Notes: generated from the letters alone by a model not told the origin. A stretch of DNA of 64,000 bases from Candidatus Omnitrophota bacterium (GCA_041651035.1 JBAZKC010000002.1:269606-333605), one strand, 5' to 3'. Numbered from the stretch's first letter, positions 36,351 to 47,023 are shown. Numbers and translations: made by a program.

Positions 36351-36983
36351 TTATTTAGAATATAACTCAACGATCAGCTGCTCTTGGATCGGCTGCTGGA
36401 TATCTTGTTTTTCCGGCAATCTCAAAATTTTGCCTGTCATTTCAGCCCGGTTGAATTCTAACCATCCGGGAACATCCCTGTCCTTGGAAATCTCCAGGTT
36501 TTCCTTGATCTTGGCCTGGGCTTTTTCTTTAGTTTTCAGTTGAACGATATCATCTTTATCTACCAAATATGACGGAATGTTCACGCGTTTGGAATTTACG
36601 TAAATTTGATTGTGGCGCACGATCTGCCTGGCTTGAGACCTGGAGATCGCCAGGCCCAGGCGGAATACCACGTTATCCAGCCTTCTCTCTAACAGCTGTA
36701 ATAACATCTTGCCGGTTACCACACCCTTTGCCTTTGTGGCCATCTTAAAATATTTGCGGAATTGCTTTTCTAAGACCCCGTATATCCTTCTTACTTTCTG
36801 CTTCTCTCTTAACTGGAGCCCATAGTTAGAAAGTTTAGACCTGCTGTTCTGCCCGTGCTGGCCCGGCGGATAATCTCTTTTGGAAACAGGGCATTTAGGG
36901 CCGGAACACTTTGTGCCTTTCAGGAATAATTTTTCTTTTTCTCTGCGGCATAACCTGCAGACCGCGTCTATATATCGAGCCAT
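36351..36983 (-). CDS. rpsD: 30S ribosomal protein S4
   Basis: MARYIDAVCRLCRREKEKLFLKG... is canonical uS4. Confidence 0.95.
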   Translation of the reverse strand: MARYIDAVCRLCRREKEKLFLKGTKCSGPKCPVSKRDYPPGQHGQNSRSKLSNYGLQLREKQKVRRIYGVLEKQFRKYFKMATKAKGVVTGKMLLQLLERRLDNVVFRLGLAISRSQARQIVRHNQIYVNSKRVNIPSYLVDKDDIVQLKTKEKAQAKIKENLEISKDRDVPGWLEFNRAEMTGKILRLPEKQDIQQPIQEQLIVELYSK

Positions 36984-36986
36984 TTA

Positions 36987-37376
36987 TTATACTCTCCTTT
37001 TCTTCTTGGGCCGGCAACCATTATGAGGAATAGGAGTTACATCCTTTATGGAAGTTATAATGAGCCCCGCGGCCTGTAAAGCCCTGATCGCTGATTCCCT
37101 GCCAAAACCAGGGCCTTTTACGCAGACATCCACCTCTTTGATCCCAATCTCTTTGGCCTTCCTTGCTGCGTCAGTCGCTGCTATCTGCGCGGCAAAAGGG
37201 GTGGACTTTTTGGAACCACCGTAGCCCACAATGCCGGGAGCAGACCACACCAATACATTTCCCTGCTTGTCGGTTATCGTAATTATGGTATTATTAAAAC
37301 TTGCCTGGATATGCGCGATGCCTGAAGTAATACCCTTGGCGATTTTCTTCTTCTTTGCTTTATCTTTTGTTGCCAT
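36987..37376 (-). CDS. rpsK: 30S ribosomal protein S11
   Basis: Canonical uS11. Confidence 0.95.
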   Translation of the reverse strand: MATKDKAKKKKIAKGITSGIAHIQASFNNTIITITDKQGNVLVWSAPGIVGYGGSKKSTPFAAQIAATDAARKAKEIGIKEVDVCVKGPGFGRESAIRALQAAGLIITSIKDVTPIPHNGCRPKKKRRV

Positions 37377-37405
37377 ATTCTTAATTCCTCCTGTTTAAGG
37401 AAAGG

Positions 37406-37825
37406 CTATTTAGCGGATTTTGCCGCTGGCGCCGCCTTTGCCGGCTCAGCTTTCTTTATAACCGCCATACCGCCGTGACGGCGCGGGCCCTTTCGGGTCC
37501 TGGCGTTGGTACGCGTACGCTGTCCTCTTACCGGCAGGCCTTTTTTATGCCGCATCCCCCTCCAGGAACCAATATCCATCAACCTTTTTATATTCTGCGC
37601 TATGTCTCTGCGTAAATCACCCTCAACTTTATATCCGCTCTTCTGTATAGAGCTGACAATGCGCGAGATCTCTTCTTCGCTTAGATCCTTAGCGCGTTTA
37701 TCAGGGCTGACCTGGGCATCTTTAAGTAATTTATTAGACAGTGATCTTCCCACGCCATACAGATATGTTAAAGATATTTCGATCCTTTTTTCTTTTGGAA
37801 TGTCCACTCCCAGTATTCTTGGCAT
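37406..37825 (-). CDS. rpsM: 30S ribosomal protein S13 (Ala/Lys-rich C-terminal tail)
   Basis: Canonical uS13 with the tail [16 protein letters not shown]. Confidence 0.95.
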   Translation of the reverse strand: MPRILGVDIPKEKRIEISLTYLYGVGRSLSNKLLKDAQVSPDKRAKDLSEEEISRIVSSIQKSGYKVEGDLRRDIAQNIKRLMDIGSWRGMRHKKGLPVRGQRTRTNARTRKGPRRHGGMAVIKKAEPAKAAPAAKSAK

Positions 37826-37846
37826 CTATTGCTCCTTAGCGCTTAA

Positions 37847-37960
37847 CTATCCCTGTCTCTGTTTATGTTTTGGATTAGAACAGATCACCCGTACTACCCC
37901 TTTTCTTTTAATAACCTTGCATTTATCGCAGATCTTTTTTACTGACGCTTTTACCTTCAC
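37847..37960 (-). CDS. rpmJ: 50S ribosomal protein L36, 37 aa, GTG start; not in the ORF track
   Basis: Translates to (M)[37 protein letters not shown] Shine-Dalgarno AGGAAGG lies 7 nt upstream. It sits between infA and rpsM as expected. Confidence 0.85.
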   Translation of the reverse strand: MKVKASVKKICDKCKVIKRKGVVRVICSNPKHKQRQG

Positions 37961-37984
37961 CCTTACACCTTCCTCTTGTTTGTA

Positions 37985-38203
37985 TTACTTGCTCCTAAAG
38001 GTGATCCTGCCCCTGCTTAAATCGTAGGGAGATAATTCCAATTTTACCTTGTCCCCGGGCAGTATCCTTATGAAATTCATGCGCATTTTTCCTGAAACAT
38101 GGGCCAGCACAATATGCCCGTTTTCTAATTCGACCCTAAACATCGCGTTAGGCAGTGCTTCAAGTATCTTGCCTTCAGTCTCAATTAATTCTTCTTTGGC
38201 CAT
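37985..38203 (-). CDS. infA: Translation initiation factor IF-1
   Basis: Canonical IF-1 (S1-like OB fold). Confidence 0.95.
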   Translation of the reverse strand: MAKEELIETEGKILEALPNAMFRVELENGHIVLAHVSGKMRMNFIRILPGDKVKLELSPYDLSRGRITFRSK

Positions 38204-38227
38204 ATAAGGTTTTACCCTGTTTGAAAA

Positions 38228-38971
38228 CTATCTGGTCAGGATCTCCGGCCCTTTTTCTGTTATTGCCACCGTGTGTTCGAAATGCGCCGAGGGAAACCTG
38301 TCTTTTGTTACAGCGGTCCAGCCGTTATCCAGTATCTCAGCTTCCCATGTCCCCATGTTTACCATGGGCTCAACAGCAAAAACCATGTTCTTCTTTAATA
38401 CCGGGCCCTCCCCAGGCCTGCCGAAATTCGGTATCTCCGGCTCCTCGTGCAAATTACAGCCTATGCCGTGGCCTACGAATTGCCTCACTACGGAAAACCC
38501 GTTATTCTCCACATATTTCTGGATACTGGAAGAAATATCAGATAAACGGTTTTCCGGACGCATCTGCTTTATGCCCGCGTATAGCGCCTTTTTAGTCACC
38601 TCAATCAATTTTTTCTTTTGAGGGCTTATCTTCCCTACTCCAAGAGTAACGGCGCTGTCTGAGAAATAACCTTCGTAATCTATACCCAGGTCCAGGCTTA
38701 TTATATCGCCTTCTTTAAGCCTCTGTTCACCCGGTATACCGTGCACGATCTCTTCGTTTATGGACGTGCATATACTTGCCGGGAAACCCTTATAACCTTT
38801 AAAAGCTGCTACGGTATGCTCTCTGAGGATCAACTCTTCCGCCAACCCGTTTATTTCAGCGGTAGAAATCCCTGGCTTTATAGATCTTTCCAGCTTTTTC
38901 AATACCCTTGCTAAAATCTTACCAGACCTTCTTAGCATCTCCAGGTCTTTTTCAGACTTTAAGGGAATCAT
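38228..38971 (-). CDS. map: Methionine aminopeptidase type I
   Basis: M24A metal ligands and full-length MetAP-1 similarity. Confidence 0.9.
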   Translation of the reverse strand: MIPLKSEKDLEMLRRSGKILARVLKKLERSIKPGISTAEINGLAEELILREHTVAAFKGYKGFPASICTSINEEIVHGIPGEQRLKEGDIISLDLGIDYEGYFSDSAVTLGVGKISPQKKKLIEVTKKALYAGIKQMRPENRLSDISSSIQKYVENNGFSVVRQFVGHGIGCNLHEEPEIPNFGRPGEGPVLKKNMVFAVEPMVNMGTWEAEILDNGWTAVTKDRFPSAHFEHTVAITEKGPEILTR

Positions 38972-39617
38972 CGTATTTACGCGCCAGAGCCACGATCTTA
39001 TCCAACACTAAATCCGAATCTTCGTCTCCCGATAAACGGTAGATGTTACCTTTTGATTCGTAATATTTTATCAACGAAGATACTTCTTTCTTGTAAACCT
39101 CTATCCGCCTCTTTACCGTCTCTACCGAATCATCCGTCCTTTGATAAAGCTTGCCCAAACAATTATCGCAAATTCCGCTTACCTTAGGAGGCATATTCGT
39201 AACATGGAAGTTAGCGCTACAGACACTGCAGACCAGGCGGCCCGTAAGCCTTTGGATGATCACGGCATCGGGTGTATCCAGATAAATTACAAAATCTATA
39301 TCCATCTTACTTGCGCTCAACATGGCGTCTAATGTCTCTGCCTGCTTTAGGTTGCGCGGATATCCGTCTAATATAAAGCCTTTATTGGTATCGGGATCAT
39401 CAAGCCTCTGCATCAGCATCTTGGCGACTATTTCATCCGGAACAAGCAGTCCTTGGTCCATAAAATGCTGCGCTTCTTTACCCAAAGGCGTAGCATCTTT
39501 TACATTCTGCCTGAGTATGTCTCCCGTGGATATATGCGGCAGGCTGAGTTTCTTCGCCAGTGTTTTTGCCTGAGTACCTTTTCCCGCTCCGGGAGGCCCC
39601 AATAGTATCATGCGCAT
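38952..39617 (-). CDS. adk: Adenylate kinase (long form with Zn-binding lid)
   Basis: P-loop GPPGAGKGTQ, and the lid cysteines CSVC...CDNC. Confidence 0.95.
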   Translation of the reverse strand: MRMILLGPPGAGKGTQAKTLAKKLSLPHISTGDILRQNVKDATPLGKEAQHFMDQGLLVPDEIVAKMLMQRLDDPDTNKGFILDGYPRNLKQAETLDAMLSASKMDIDFVIYLDTPDAVIIQRLTGRLVCSVCSANFHVTNMPPKVSGICDNCLGKLYQRTDDSVETVKRRIEVYKKEVSSLIKYYESKGNIYRLSGDEDSDLVLDKIVALARKYDDSLKV

Positions 39618-40963
39618 TACCTTCTCCCCTTAATACGGCCGGATTTAATAAACCCTTCGTAATGATGCGTCAAAAGATGCGACTCGATCTGCTTTAAGGT
39701 ATCCAACATGACACCTACGATGATCAGTATCCCCGTGCCTCCGAAGAAAGAAGCCACCAGATACGGTACCTTAAGCCAGGCCATAATAAAATCCGGTAGT
39801 ATGGCGATGACCGCGATAAACATAGCGCCTGCCAGCGTGATCCTGGTCATTACGTAATCCAGGAATTCAGCGGTGGGGGCCCCTGGCCTGATACCCGGTA
39901 TGAACCCTCCGTATTTCTTCATGTTCTCCGAGAGGTCCGCGGGATTAAACACAATAGCGGTATAAAAGTAACAAAAGAATATTATAAGTAACGCGTAAAC
40001 AAACGTATAAAGTAAATGGCCCCTGATCAAACTTTGCGCCATTCTTTGAAATGCCGGGTTAGGAATAAAAGACGCCAGTGTAGCCGGAAAAAGGATTATA
40101 GACTGCGCGAAAATAATGGCGATAACACCTGAGGTATCTACTTTTAACGGTATGTAGGTCGACTGCCCTCCGTAGATCTTTCTTCCCACAACCCTGCGCG
40201 CGTACTGAACAGGGATCTTCCTCTGTCCCTGCGTGATCATAATTACCGAAAAAACAACGATTGCCAATAGTGCCGCCATGACCAGCAATGTAAAAGGCTG
40301 GATCTGCCTGCGGGACGGGGAAAATGGAGAAATTAAAACGAATAACTGGTGCATTGCCGCGGGTATCCTGGAAATGATACCGGCAGTGATGATCAGGGAT
40401 ATGCCGTTGCCAATGCCTCTTTCCTGGATCTGCTCACCCAGCCACATAATAAATATTGTGCCCGTAGTTAAAGTAAGCACGGTGAGTATCCTAAAACCCC
40501 ATCCCGGCTGCATTACGATCTTTAAACCCTCGAAGCGGGCCGGGTTCTCAAGCCAGAGCGCGATAAAAAAAGACTGAATTATCGAAAGAACAACCGTGCT
40601 GTAACGGGTGTATTGATTTATTGTTTCATAACCGGCCTTGCCTTCTTTGGCGATCTTCTCCAGCGCCGGTATAACCGCGGTCAACAGCTGAAGGATAATT
40701 GAAGCGGAAATATATGGCATGATCCCCAGCGCGAAGATAGTAAGCCTTTCCATGGCCCCGCCGGAGAACATATTAATGATGCCAAAGATAGTACCGCCCT
40801 GGGTTTTAGCGATACGGTTAAAGAATTCCGCTAAAGCCGCCCCGTCAATCCCCGGCGTAGGGATATAACAACCGACGCGATATATAGCGATAAGCGCGCC
40901 GGTAATTAAAAGCCTTCTTTTTAGATCAGGGATCCTAAATGAATTGGCTATCGCGCTAAACAT
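39617..40963 (-). CDS. secY: Preprotein translocase SecY
   Basis: A 10-TM protein with full-length SecY similarity. Confidence 0.95.
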   Translation of the reverse strand: MFSAIANSFRIPDLKRRLLITGALIAIYRVGCYIPTPGIDGAALAEFFNRIAKTQGGTIFGIINMFSGGAMERLTIFALGIMPYISASIILQLLTAVIPALEKIAKEGKAGYETINQYTRYSTVVLSIIQSFFIALWLENPARFEGLKIVMQPGWGFRILTVLTLTTGTIFIMWLGEQIQERGIGNGISLIITAGIISRIPAAMHQLFVLISPFSPSRRQIQPFTLLVMAALLAIVVFSVIMITQGQRKIPVQYARRVVGRKIYGGQSTYIPLKVDTSGVIAIIFAQSIILFPATLASFIPNPAFQRMAQSLIRGHLLYTFVYALLIIFFCYFYTAIVFNPADLSENMKKYGGFIPGIRPGAPTAEFLDYVMTRITLAGAMFIAVIAILPDFIMAWLKVPYLVASFFGGTGILIIVGVMLDTLKQIESHLLTHHYEGFIKSGRIKGRR

Positions 40964-41453
40964 TTATGATCTCTATTTTTCCGCCTGCCTTTACGATCTC
41001 TTCAGACGCCTTCTTAGAAAAAGCGTGGGCCTGTATATTAACAGGCCTTTTAATATCTCCGTCTCCCAGGACTTTTACCAATTTCTTGCTGTTTTTAATC
41101 ATACCCTTTGCCTCTAACAGCTCCAGGGTGATGGTTGATTCTTTTATCAGGTTCAAATCTCTTAAATTAAGAAGCTGATACTCTTTCTTGAACTGATTAG
41201 TAAAGCCCCTTTTGGGCATCCTGCGTATCAAAGGGGACTGTCCGCCTTCAAACCCAAGATAAAAATGCCTTCCTGCCCGCGAAGTTTGCCCTTTGCTGCC
41301 TCTGGTGGAAGTCTTACCGTGCCCGGAACTAGGCCCCCGGCCTTTGATCTTTCTTTTTTTATGGCTCCCTTTAGGAGCTTTTAGGTTAAAAAGCCCTAAG
41401 GGCTTTGGCTTATCCTTTAATACCTTATCTTTTTTTAACATTTTATTTACCAT
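40956..41453 (-). CDS. rplO: 50S ribosomal protein L15
   Basis: Canonical uL15. Confidence 0.9.
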   Translation of the reverse strand: MVNKMLKKDKVLKDKPKPLGLFNLKAPKGSHKKRKIKGRGPSSGHGKTSTRGSKGQTSRAGRHFYLGFEGGQSPLIRRMPKRGFTNQFKKEYQLLNLRDLNLIKESTITLELLEAKGMIKNSKKLVKVLGDGDIKRPVNIQAHAFSKKASEEIVKAGGKIEIINV

Positions 41454-41454
41454 A

Positions 41455-41931
41455 CTAATTACCGGTATCGGTATTCCTGCTTACCTTTAAATTCTCCAAG
41501 CCGTCTACCGTAGCCTTGATAACATTTACAGGATTATTCGATTTAAGGCATTTAGTTAAAATATCTTTTATACCCGCTGCCTCGCACACCGCTCTTACGG
41601 GCCCGGCGGCGATAACGCCTGTTCCTTCTGAGGCGGGCTTAAGCATGACTTTCGCCGCGCCAAACCTGCCTATGATCATATGAGGGATAGTTGAGCCTTC
41701 CAACGGGACCCTGAAGAGCGATTTCTTCGCTTTAGTAAGGGCCTTGCGTATCGCGTCTGCGACTTCGTTTGCCTTATCCTGGGCAAAGCCTACGCGGCCT
41801 TTTGTATCCCCTACTACGACCAGCGCGCTAAAATGGAGCTTCTTGCCTCCCTTGGTCACCTTAGTTACGCGGTTAATGGAGATAACTTTTTCTATTAATT
41901 CCGGTTGTTGATCAATATTTAATTCGCGCAT
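41455..41931 (-). CDS. rpsE: 30S ribosomal protein S5
   Basis: Canonical uS5. It is directly followed by rplO, so no L30 gene is present. Confidence 0.95.
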   Translation of the reverse strand: MRELNIDQQPELIEKVISINRVTKVTKGGKKLHFSALVVVGDTKGRVGFAQDKANEVADAIRKALTKAKKSLFRVPLEGSTIPHMIIGRFGAAKVMLKPASEGTGVIAAGPVRAVCEAAGIKDILTKCLKSNNPVNVIKATVDGLENLKVSRNTDTGN

Positions 41932-41934
41932 ATT

Positions 41935-42294
41935 CTAGAACTCCAGTCCCCCTTTACGTAAGGCATCTGCGAATGCCTTTACCCTGCCATGATATAAATA
42001 ACCGGCACAGTCAAAGACGATCTTGGTAACGCCTTTTTCTTTTACCTTGCCGGCGAAAGTCTCACCGAATAATGCCGCGGCCTTGACATTGCCGGATGAA
42101 GAAAGTTTTTGCCTTATCTCTTTACTTAGAGTAGAAAGGCTAAACAGCGTCTTATTATTCGCGTCATCTATGATCTGAGCTGAAAAATTCTTTAAGCTGC
42201 GATGCACCATCAGGCGCGGGACATCGCCTGTCCCGTGCATTCTTAGTTTGATCCGGTTATGCCTCTTTAACCTTGACTGTTCTTTTTTATTCAT
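41935..42294 (-). CDS. rplR: 50S ribosomal protein L18
   Basis: Canonical uL18. Confidence 0.95.
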   Translation of the reverse strand: MNKKEQSRLKRHNRIKLRMHGTGDVPRLMVHRSLKNFSAQIIDDANNKTLFSLSTLSKEIRQKLSSSGNVKAAALFGETFAGKVKEKGVTKIVFDCAGYLYHGRVKAFADALRKGGLEF

Positions 42295-42295
42295 G

Positions 42296-42844
42296 CTATT
42301 TGGATGTGGCCTGGGCCTTACCGACTTTCTTCTTTACGTGTTCTCCGACAAAACGGATCCCCTTGCCTTTATACGGCTCAGGCGGATATACGGAACGAAT
42401 TTCAGTGGATACCCTGCCTACCAGCTCCTTATCAATCCCTCTTACTATAACAAATGTCGGTTTTGGAGTCTCGACCTTTATCCCTTCGGGTATGGGGAAA
42501 TTTACCGGGTGAGAAAAACCCATGAGCATATTCAATTTATTACCCTGTACAGCCGCCTTAAATCCCACGCCGATTATTTCCAGTTCTCTGGAATAGCCTT
42601 CAGTAACTCCTTTGATCATATTAGCGATAAGCGCGCGGTAAAGCCCGTGCAGAGACCTCTCTAATTTTGTATCACCCGAGCGTTTAACAAAAATCAAGCC
42701 GTCTTTTATTTCTACGGTGATCTGTTCCGGAAGAGAACGGTTAAGCTTTCCTTTTGGGCCTTCCACAAGAATCATCCGGCCATCCTTAATTTCTACCTTG
42801 ACGTCTCCTGGCACAATTATAGATTTTTTTCCGATCCTGGACAT
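42296..42844 (-). CDS. rplF: 50S ribosomal protein L6
   Basis: Canonical uL6. Confidence 0.95.
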   Translation of the reverse strand: MSRIGKKSIIVPGDVKVEIKDGRMILVEGPKGKLNRSLPEQITVEIKDGLIFVKRSGDTKLERSLHGLYRALIANMIKGVTEGYSRELEIIGVGFKAAVQGNKLNMLMGFSHPVNFPIPEGIKVETPKPTFVIVRGIDKELVGRVSTEIRSVYPPEPYKGKGIRFVGEHVKKKVGKAQATSK

Positions 42845-42868
42845 CTTTAATAAACTCCTCGCTGCTTT

Positions 42869-43264
42869 TTACCAAATATAACCGAGTATCTCTCCGCCTA
42901 ACCCTAGGTCACGGGCTTGCCCGTCTGTCATAACACCTTTGGAAGTTGAAACGATCGCCAGGCCCCTGCCTCTTAAAACTGAAGGCACTTTCTTATGTTT
43001 TACATAAACGCGCAGGCCCGGGTGTGATACGCGTTTTATATTTATTATAGCGGACTTACCCGCGACGTATTTAAGGTAAATCCTGGCCAGCCCCTGTTTC
43101 CCGTCTTCTATTAACTTAAAATTCTCGATATAGCTTTCTTTTTTCAAGATATCTAAGATAGATTTTATGGTATTTGAGGCAGGGACATCCACTGTCTCCT
43201 TCTTGGCCATTTTGGCATTGCGTATCATCGTAAACGCGTCAGCTATTAAATCGGTCCTTGACAT
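42869..43264 (-). CDS. rpsH: 30S ribosomal protein S8
   Basis: Canonical uS8 from MSRTDLIADAFTMIRNA. The 9-aa extension in the ORF track (MCPCGLGGE) is judged spurious. Confidence 0.9.
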   Translation of the reverse strand: MSRTDLIADAFTMIRNAKMAKKETVDVPASNTIKSILDILKKESYIENFKLIEDGKQGLARIYLKYVAGKSAIINIKRVSHPGLRVYVKHKKVPSVLRGRGLAIVSTSKGVMTDGQARDLGLGGEILGYIW

Positions 43265-43322
43265 TTCTCCCCCTAGCCCACATGGGCACACCGGCGCAAT
43301 TCAGATAAGCGCCGGGTGAATC

Positions 43323-43508
43323 TTACCAACTCGCTTTTTTTATTCCCGGTATTAACCCCTGCCAGGATAATTCCCTAAAACAAATACGGCAAAGCTGAAA
43401 CCTTCTTAAATAACCGCCGCTCCTGCCGCAGATACCGCAGCGGTTATGCTTGCGTGTAGAGAATTTTGGCGCCCTTTTCCATCTCGCTATCTGAGAATTC
43501 TTTGCCAT
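43323..43508 (-). CDS. rpsZ: 30S ribosomal protein S14 type Z (zinc-binding)
   Basis: A 61-aa protein with the CxxC...CxxC motif (CGICGR...CRIC). Confidence 0.95.
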   Translation of the reverse strand: MAKNSQIARWKRAPKFSTRKHNRCGICGRSGGYLRRFQLCRICFRELSWQGLIPGIKKASW

Positions 43509-43547
43509 TCTTTGCTATTCACTCCTCATGAGTAACTAATTACGGAC

Positions 43548-44105
43548 TTACGAATCATTCTTATCGCTAAAAGGCATCCCGAATAATCTTAACAATTCCT
43601 TCGCCTGTTCCTTGGCCTTGCTGTTCTTGATCACGAAAGTGATATCCATACCTTGTACACGGGGCAGCCTATCATAGTCTATCTCGGGAAATATGCTTTG
43701 CTCGGCAAGGCCTAAGGTATAGTTTCCGGCCATATCAAAGGAATCCGGCGGAACCCCCCTGAAATCACGAATACGCGGAAGGGTGATATTTATCAGCCTG
43801 TCCATAAACTCATACATCATCGCGCGCCTTAAGGTTACTTTGCATCCTACCGGAGAACCCTGCCTGATCTTGAAATTAGAGATCGCTTTCTTAGCCCGCC
43901 TTAAGATAGGTTTCTGCCCTGTAATAGCGCTTAATTCTTCCATTGACCTTTCCAGGATCTTGATATCTTGTACGCCTTCGCCTACTCCCATATTAACTAC
44001 TATCTTATCTACGCGCGGGACGGCGAACTTATTCTTTAAGTTAAACTTCTGCATCATCTGCGGGGCGATCTCATCTCTGTATTTTTCTAATAATCGGGGG
44101 GCCAT
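43548..44105 (-). CDS. rplE: 50S ribosomal protein L5
   Basis: Canonical uL5. Confidence 0.95.
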   Translation of the reverse strand: MAPRLLEKYRDEIAPQMMQKFNLKNKFAVPRVDKIVVNMGVGEGVQDIKILERSMEELSAITGQKPILRRAKKAISNFKIRQGSPVGCKVTLRRAMMYEFMDRLINITLPRIRDFRGVPPDSFDMAGNYTLGLAEQSIFPEIDYDRLPRVQGMDITFVIKNSKAKEQAKELLRLFGMPFSDKNDS

Positions 44106-44416
44106 TATATTACCTCGTTACAGCTCTTGCATAACCTTGATTTTGTCTTATCCTGTAAAATCTTGAATCCCACATGGACACCCCGGCCGCAGTTCTTGCA
44201 AACCAGCATTAGATTAGCAACGCTGATAGGCGTTTCAATGGAAACAATACCGCCTTTTTCGTCCTGGCGGGTCTGGCGTTTATGTTTTTTCACCAGATTT
44301 ATGCCTTCTACAACCGCGCGAGCGGCCGCGGGCAGGACACTCAAGACCTTGCCTTTTTTTCCGCTGTCCCTGCCCTTGGTCACCTGTACTGTATCGCCTT
44401 TTCTGATCTTAAACAT
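44105..44416 (-). CDS. rplX: 50S ribosomal protein L24
   Basis: KOW motif; canonical uL24. Confidence 0.95.
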   Translation of the reverse strand: MFKIRKGDTVQVTKGRDSGKKGKVLSVLPAAARAVVEGINLVKKHKRQTRQDEKGGIVSIETPISVANLMLVCKNCGRGVHVGFKILQDKTKSRLCKSCNEVI

Positions 44417-44784
44417 TAAATAACCTCTGGAGCTAAAGATATAATCTTCGTAAAATTTTTCTCTCTTAATTCGCGGGCTACCGGCCCGAAAACGCGCGTA
44501 CCCCTGGGATTTGATTGCGTGTCTATAAATACTATGGCATTGCGGTCAAAACGCAGGACAGAACCATCGCGGCGCCTTATCGCCTCTTTAGTCCTTACAA
44601 TAACCGCCCTGGCCTTTTCTCCTTTTTTAACCGCGGCATTCGGAGACGACTCTTTTATGTTTACATTAATGACATCCCCGATCTCGGCATGCGCGCAGTT
44701 CTTCTTGCCTAAGACGTTTATAAACGAAGCTCGTTTTGCTCCGGTGTTATCTGCCACATCTAAAATAGTGCGTAATTGGATCAT
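44416..44784 (-). CDS. rplN: 50S ribosomal protein L14
   Basis: Canonical uL14. Confidence 0.95.
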   Translation of the reverse strand: MIQLRTILDVADNTGAKRASFINVLGKKNCAHAEIGDVINVNIKESSPNAAVKKGEKARAVIVRTKEAIRRRDGSVLRFDRNAIVFIDTQSNPRGTRVFGPVARELREKNFTKIISLAPEVI

Positions 44785-45062
44785 TTAATTTCCTCTTTTA
44801 AATCCAGGTGCAGCGCCTCTCTTTTCTTAAGGACGGCAATAACCCTGAAACGCTTATCTTTTGACAAAGGCCTGGTTTCTACTATACGCACGGTATCGCC
44901 GGTCTTAGCGGTATTCTTCTCGTCGTGGGCTTTAAATTTATTATACTTCTTGACGATCTTGCCGTATTTAGGATGCTTGCTTAAACGCATGGTCCTGACA
45001 ATAACGGTCTTCTGCATCTTGTCGCTGATAACTATCCCGGTAAATTCTTTTCTCTTGCCCAT
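44781..45062 (-). CDS. rpsQ: 30S ribosomal protein S17
   Basis: Canonical uS17 ([14 protein letters not shown]...). The start is taken at MGKRKEF, which has a Shine-Dalgarno AAGGA, to avoid a 17-nt overlap with rpmC. The longer start at 45083 remains possible. Confidence 0.9.
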   Translation of the reverse strand: MGKRKEFTGIVISDKMQKTVIVRTMRLSKHPKYGKIVKKYNKFKAHDEKNTAKTGDTVRIVETRPLSKDKRFRVIAVLKKREALHLDLKEEIK

Positions 45063-45066
45063 TTTA

Positions 45067-45255
45067 TTAGTCCTTTTTCTCATTCAAGATCGTATCGATC
45101 CTGGCAATATCTTTTTTGATCAAAGAGAACATGTGCGGCTTTTCCACTCTGCCCGCGTAACGCTGCAAATTAAGCTTGAAAAGCTCGCCTTTTAATTCTT
45201 TTTCTTTTTCCTTTAGTTCTTCTTTTGAAAGGTTGCGTAATTCCTGTATCTTCAT
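45067..45255 (-). CDS. rpmC: 50S ribosomal protein L29
   Basis: Canonical uL29. Confidence 0.9.
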   Translation of the reverse strand: MKIQELRNLSKEELKEKEKELKGELFKLNLQRYAGRVEKPHMFSLIKKDIARIDTILNEKKD

Positions 45256-45270
45256 TTAGTTCCTTCTTTT

Positions 45271-45681
45271 TTATTTTTGCGTGCGCGTGATAAACCTGGT
45301 CCTGAAGGGCAATTTGTACGCCGCTAACCTGAAACACTGGCGCGCGTATTCTTGCGGCACGCCACCTAACTCAAACAACACGCAGCCTCTTTTGATGACC
45401 GCGACCCAATGGGTAATATCACCTTTTCCTTTACCCATACGCACTTCTGCTGGTTTTTTAGTTATGGATTTATCGGGAAATACCCTGATCCAGAGCTTTC
45501 CGCCCTTATGAAGCTGCCTGGCCAGGATAACGCGCACCGCTTCAATCTGGGTATTTTTAAGCCAGCCGTTCTCTAGAACTTTCAAGCCGAATTCGCCGAA
45601 AGCCAGATTAGCTCCTCTGGTAGCGATCCCGCGCCTTTTACCTTTTTGCAACTTACGGTATTTTACCCTCTTGGGCATCAT
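45271..45681 (-). CDS. rplP: 50S ribosomal protein L16
   Basis: Canonical uL16 from MMPKRVKYRK. The start is ambiguous among three adjacent Met codons. Confidence 0.9.
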   Translation of the reverse strand: MMPKRVKYRKLQKGKRRGIATRGANLAFGEFGLKVLENGWLKNTQIEAVRVILARQLHKGGKLWIRVFPDKSITKKPAEVRMGKGKGDITHWVAVIKRGCVLFELGGVPQEYARQCFRLAAYKLPFRTRFITRTQK

Positions 45682-46375
45682 TACCATCTTTAGATTCCTT
45701 GGTTGCTGTTTCTTTATCCGGAGTATGAACTTCCCGGATCTCTTTTTTAATAAGTATATCGCCTTTGTAGATCCAGACTTTAACTCCTATAAGGCCATAA
45801 GTAGTTAAGCTTTCCGCGAAACCATAATCTATATCGGCGCGCAAAGTCTGTAAGGGCACCTTACCCCGCTTATATGTTTCTGTCCGGGACATCTCCGCCC
45901 CATTAAGCCTGCCGGAACAACTGACCCTTATACCCTTGGCTCCCGCGTTTATCGTCTGTTCTATAGAGCGTTTCACTGCCCGGCGGAAAGCGACTCTTTT
46001 CTCTAACTGGAAGGTTATATTCTGCGCCACAAGCTGGGCGTCTAATGCCGGATTCTTCACCTCTTCTATATCGATAGAAACTTCGCTCTTTATCAAACCA
46101 TTTAAATCTTCACGCAGGCGTTCGATATCAGCGCCGTGACGGCCGATTATGATACCGGGCCTGGCGGAGAATATGCGGATCTTTATCCTGTCAGCCAGCC
46201 TTTCTATGATAATATTAGAAACTGCCGCTTGTTTAAATCTTTCCTTAATGAACTTTCTAATCGAGTAATCCTGACGGATGAACCGGGGATAATCACCGGC
46301 CTTGGCAAACCAGCGGCTGTGCCAGGTTCTTATAAAGCCGACTCTTAGTATAAACGGATGTACCTTCTGACCCAT
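45653..46375 (-). CDS. rpsC: 30S ribosomal protein S3 with an acidic/Lys C-terminal extension that overlaps the rplP start
   Basis: Canonical uS3 KH domain and C-terminal domain. The tail ...TPDKETATKESKDGNDAQEGKIP extends ~29 nt into rplP. Confidence 0.9.
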   Translation of the reverse strand: MGQKVHPFILRVGFIRTWHSRWFAKAGDYPRFIRQDYSIRKFIKERFKQAAVSNIIIERLADRIKIRIFSARPGIIIGRHGADIERLREDLNGLIKSEVSIDIEEVKNPALDAQLVAQNITFQLEKRVAFRRAVKRSIEQTINAGAKGIRVSCSGRLNGAEMSRTETYKRGKVPLQTLRADIDYGFAESLTTYGLIGVKVWIYKGDILIKKEIREVHTPDKETATKESKDGNDAQEGKIP

Positions 46376-46401
46376 GTTTTAGTATGTAGTAGTGCTGCCT
46401 A

Positions 46402-46734
46402 CTATCCTTTTAAATCCAGTTCTATTGTTATGTGCGAGGTCCTTTTTCTTATGGATGCCGCCCTGCCGAAAGCAGCCGCTTTAAATCTTTTCCATACCGG
46501 GCCCGGATTACAACTTATTTTAGATATATACAACTGCTCAACGTTAAAGCCTTTTATTTTAGCATTAGCTATCGCGGATTTCAATATTTTTATTAAATAT
46601 TCTTTTGGCCGCTTGTTTAGATTAACCAGTATGCTTTGCGCGCCTAACGCGTCCTTATGGCGGATAAGATCAGCTACCTGTTTAGCCTTTCTTGGTGAAA
46701 CCCTTAAAAATTTTGCTTCTGCTTTTGCTATCAT
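46402..46734 (-). CDS. rplV: 50S ribosomal protein L22
   Basis: Canonical uL22. Confidence 0.95.
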   Translation of the reverse strand: MIAKAEAKFLRVSPRKAKQVADLIRHKDALGAQSILVNLNKRPKEYLIKILKSAIANAKIKGFNVEQLYISKISCNPGPVWKRFKAAAFGRAASIRKRTSHITIELDLKG

Positions 46735-46735
46735 A

Positions 46736-47023
46736 TTAGGTTTTTTCCACAGCCTTTTTAGCTTTTACTCCGCCGTGCTTCCTGAAGATCCGGCTCGGAG
46801 AGAATTCCCCAAGTTTATGGCCGACCATATTCTCGGTAACAAAAACCGGGACATGTTTCCTGCCATCGTATACCGCGAAAGTTAATCCCACGAAATCCGG
46901 TATTATAGTTGAACGCCTGGACCAGGTCTTTATTGCCTGCCTCATTCCCGCGTGGCTTAACTTCTGGACTTTCTTTAACAACTTCTCGTCTACGAATGGA
47001 CCTTTTTTTAATGAACGGGGCAT
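46736..47023 (-). CDS. rpsS: 30S ribosomal protein S19
   Basis: Canonical uS19. Confidence 0.95.
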   Translation of the reverse strand: MPRSLKKGPFVDEKLLKKVQKLSHAGMRQAIKTWSRRSTIIPDFVGLTFAVYDGRKHVPVFVTENMVGHKLGEFSPSRIFRKHGGVKAKKAVEKT

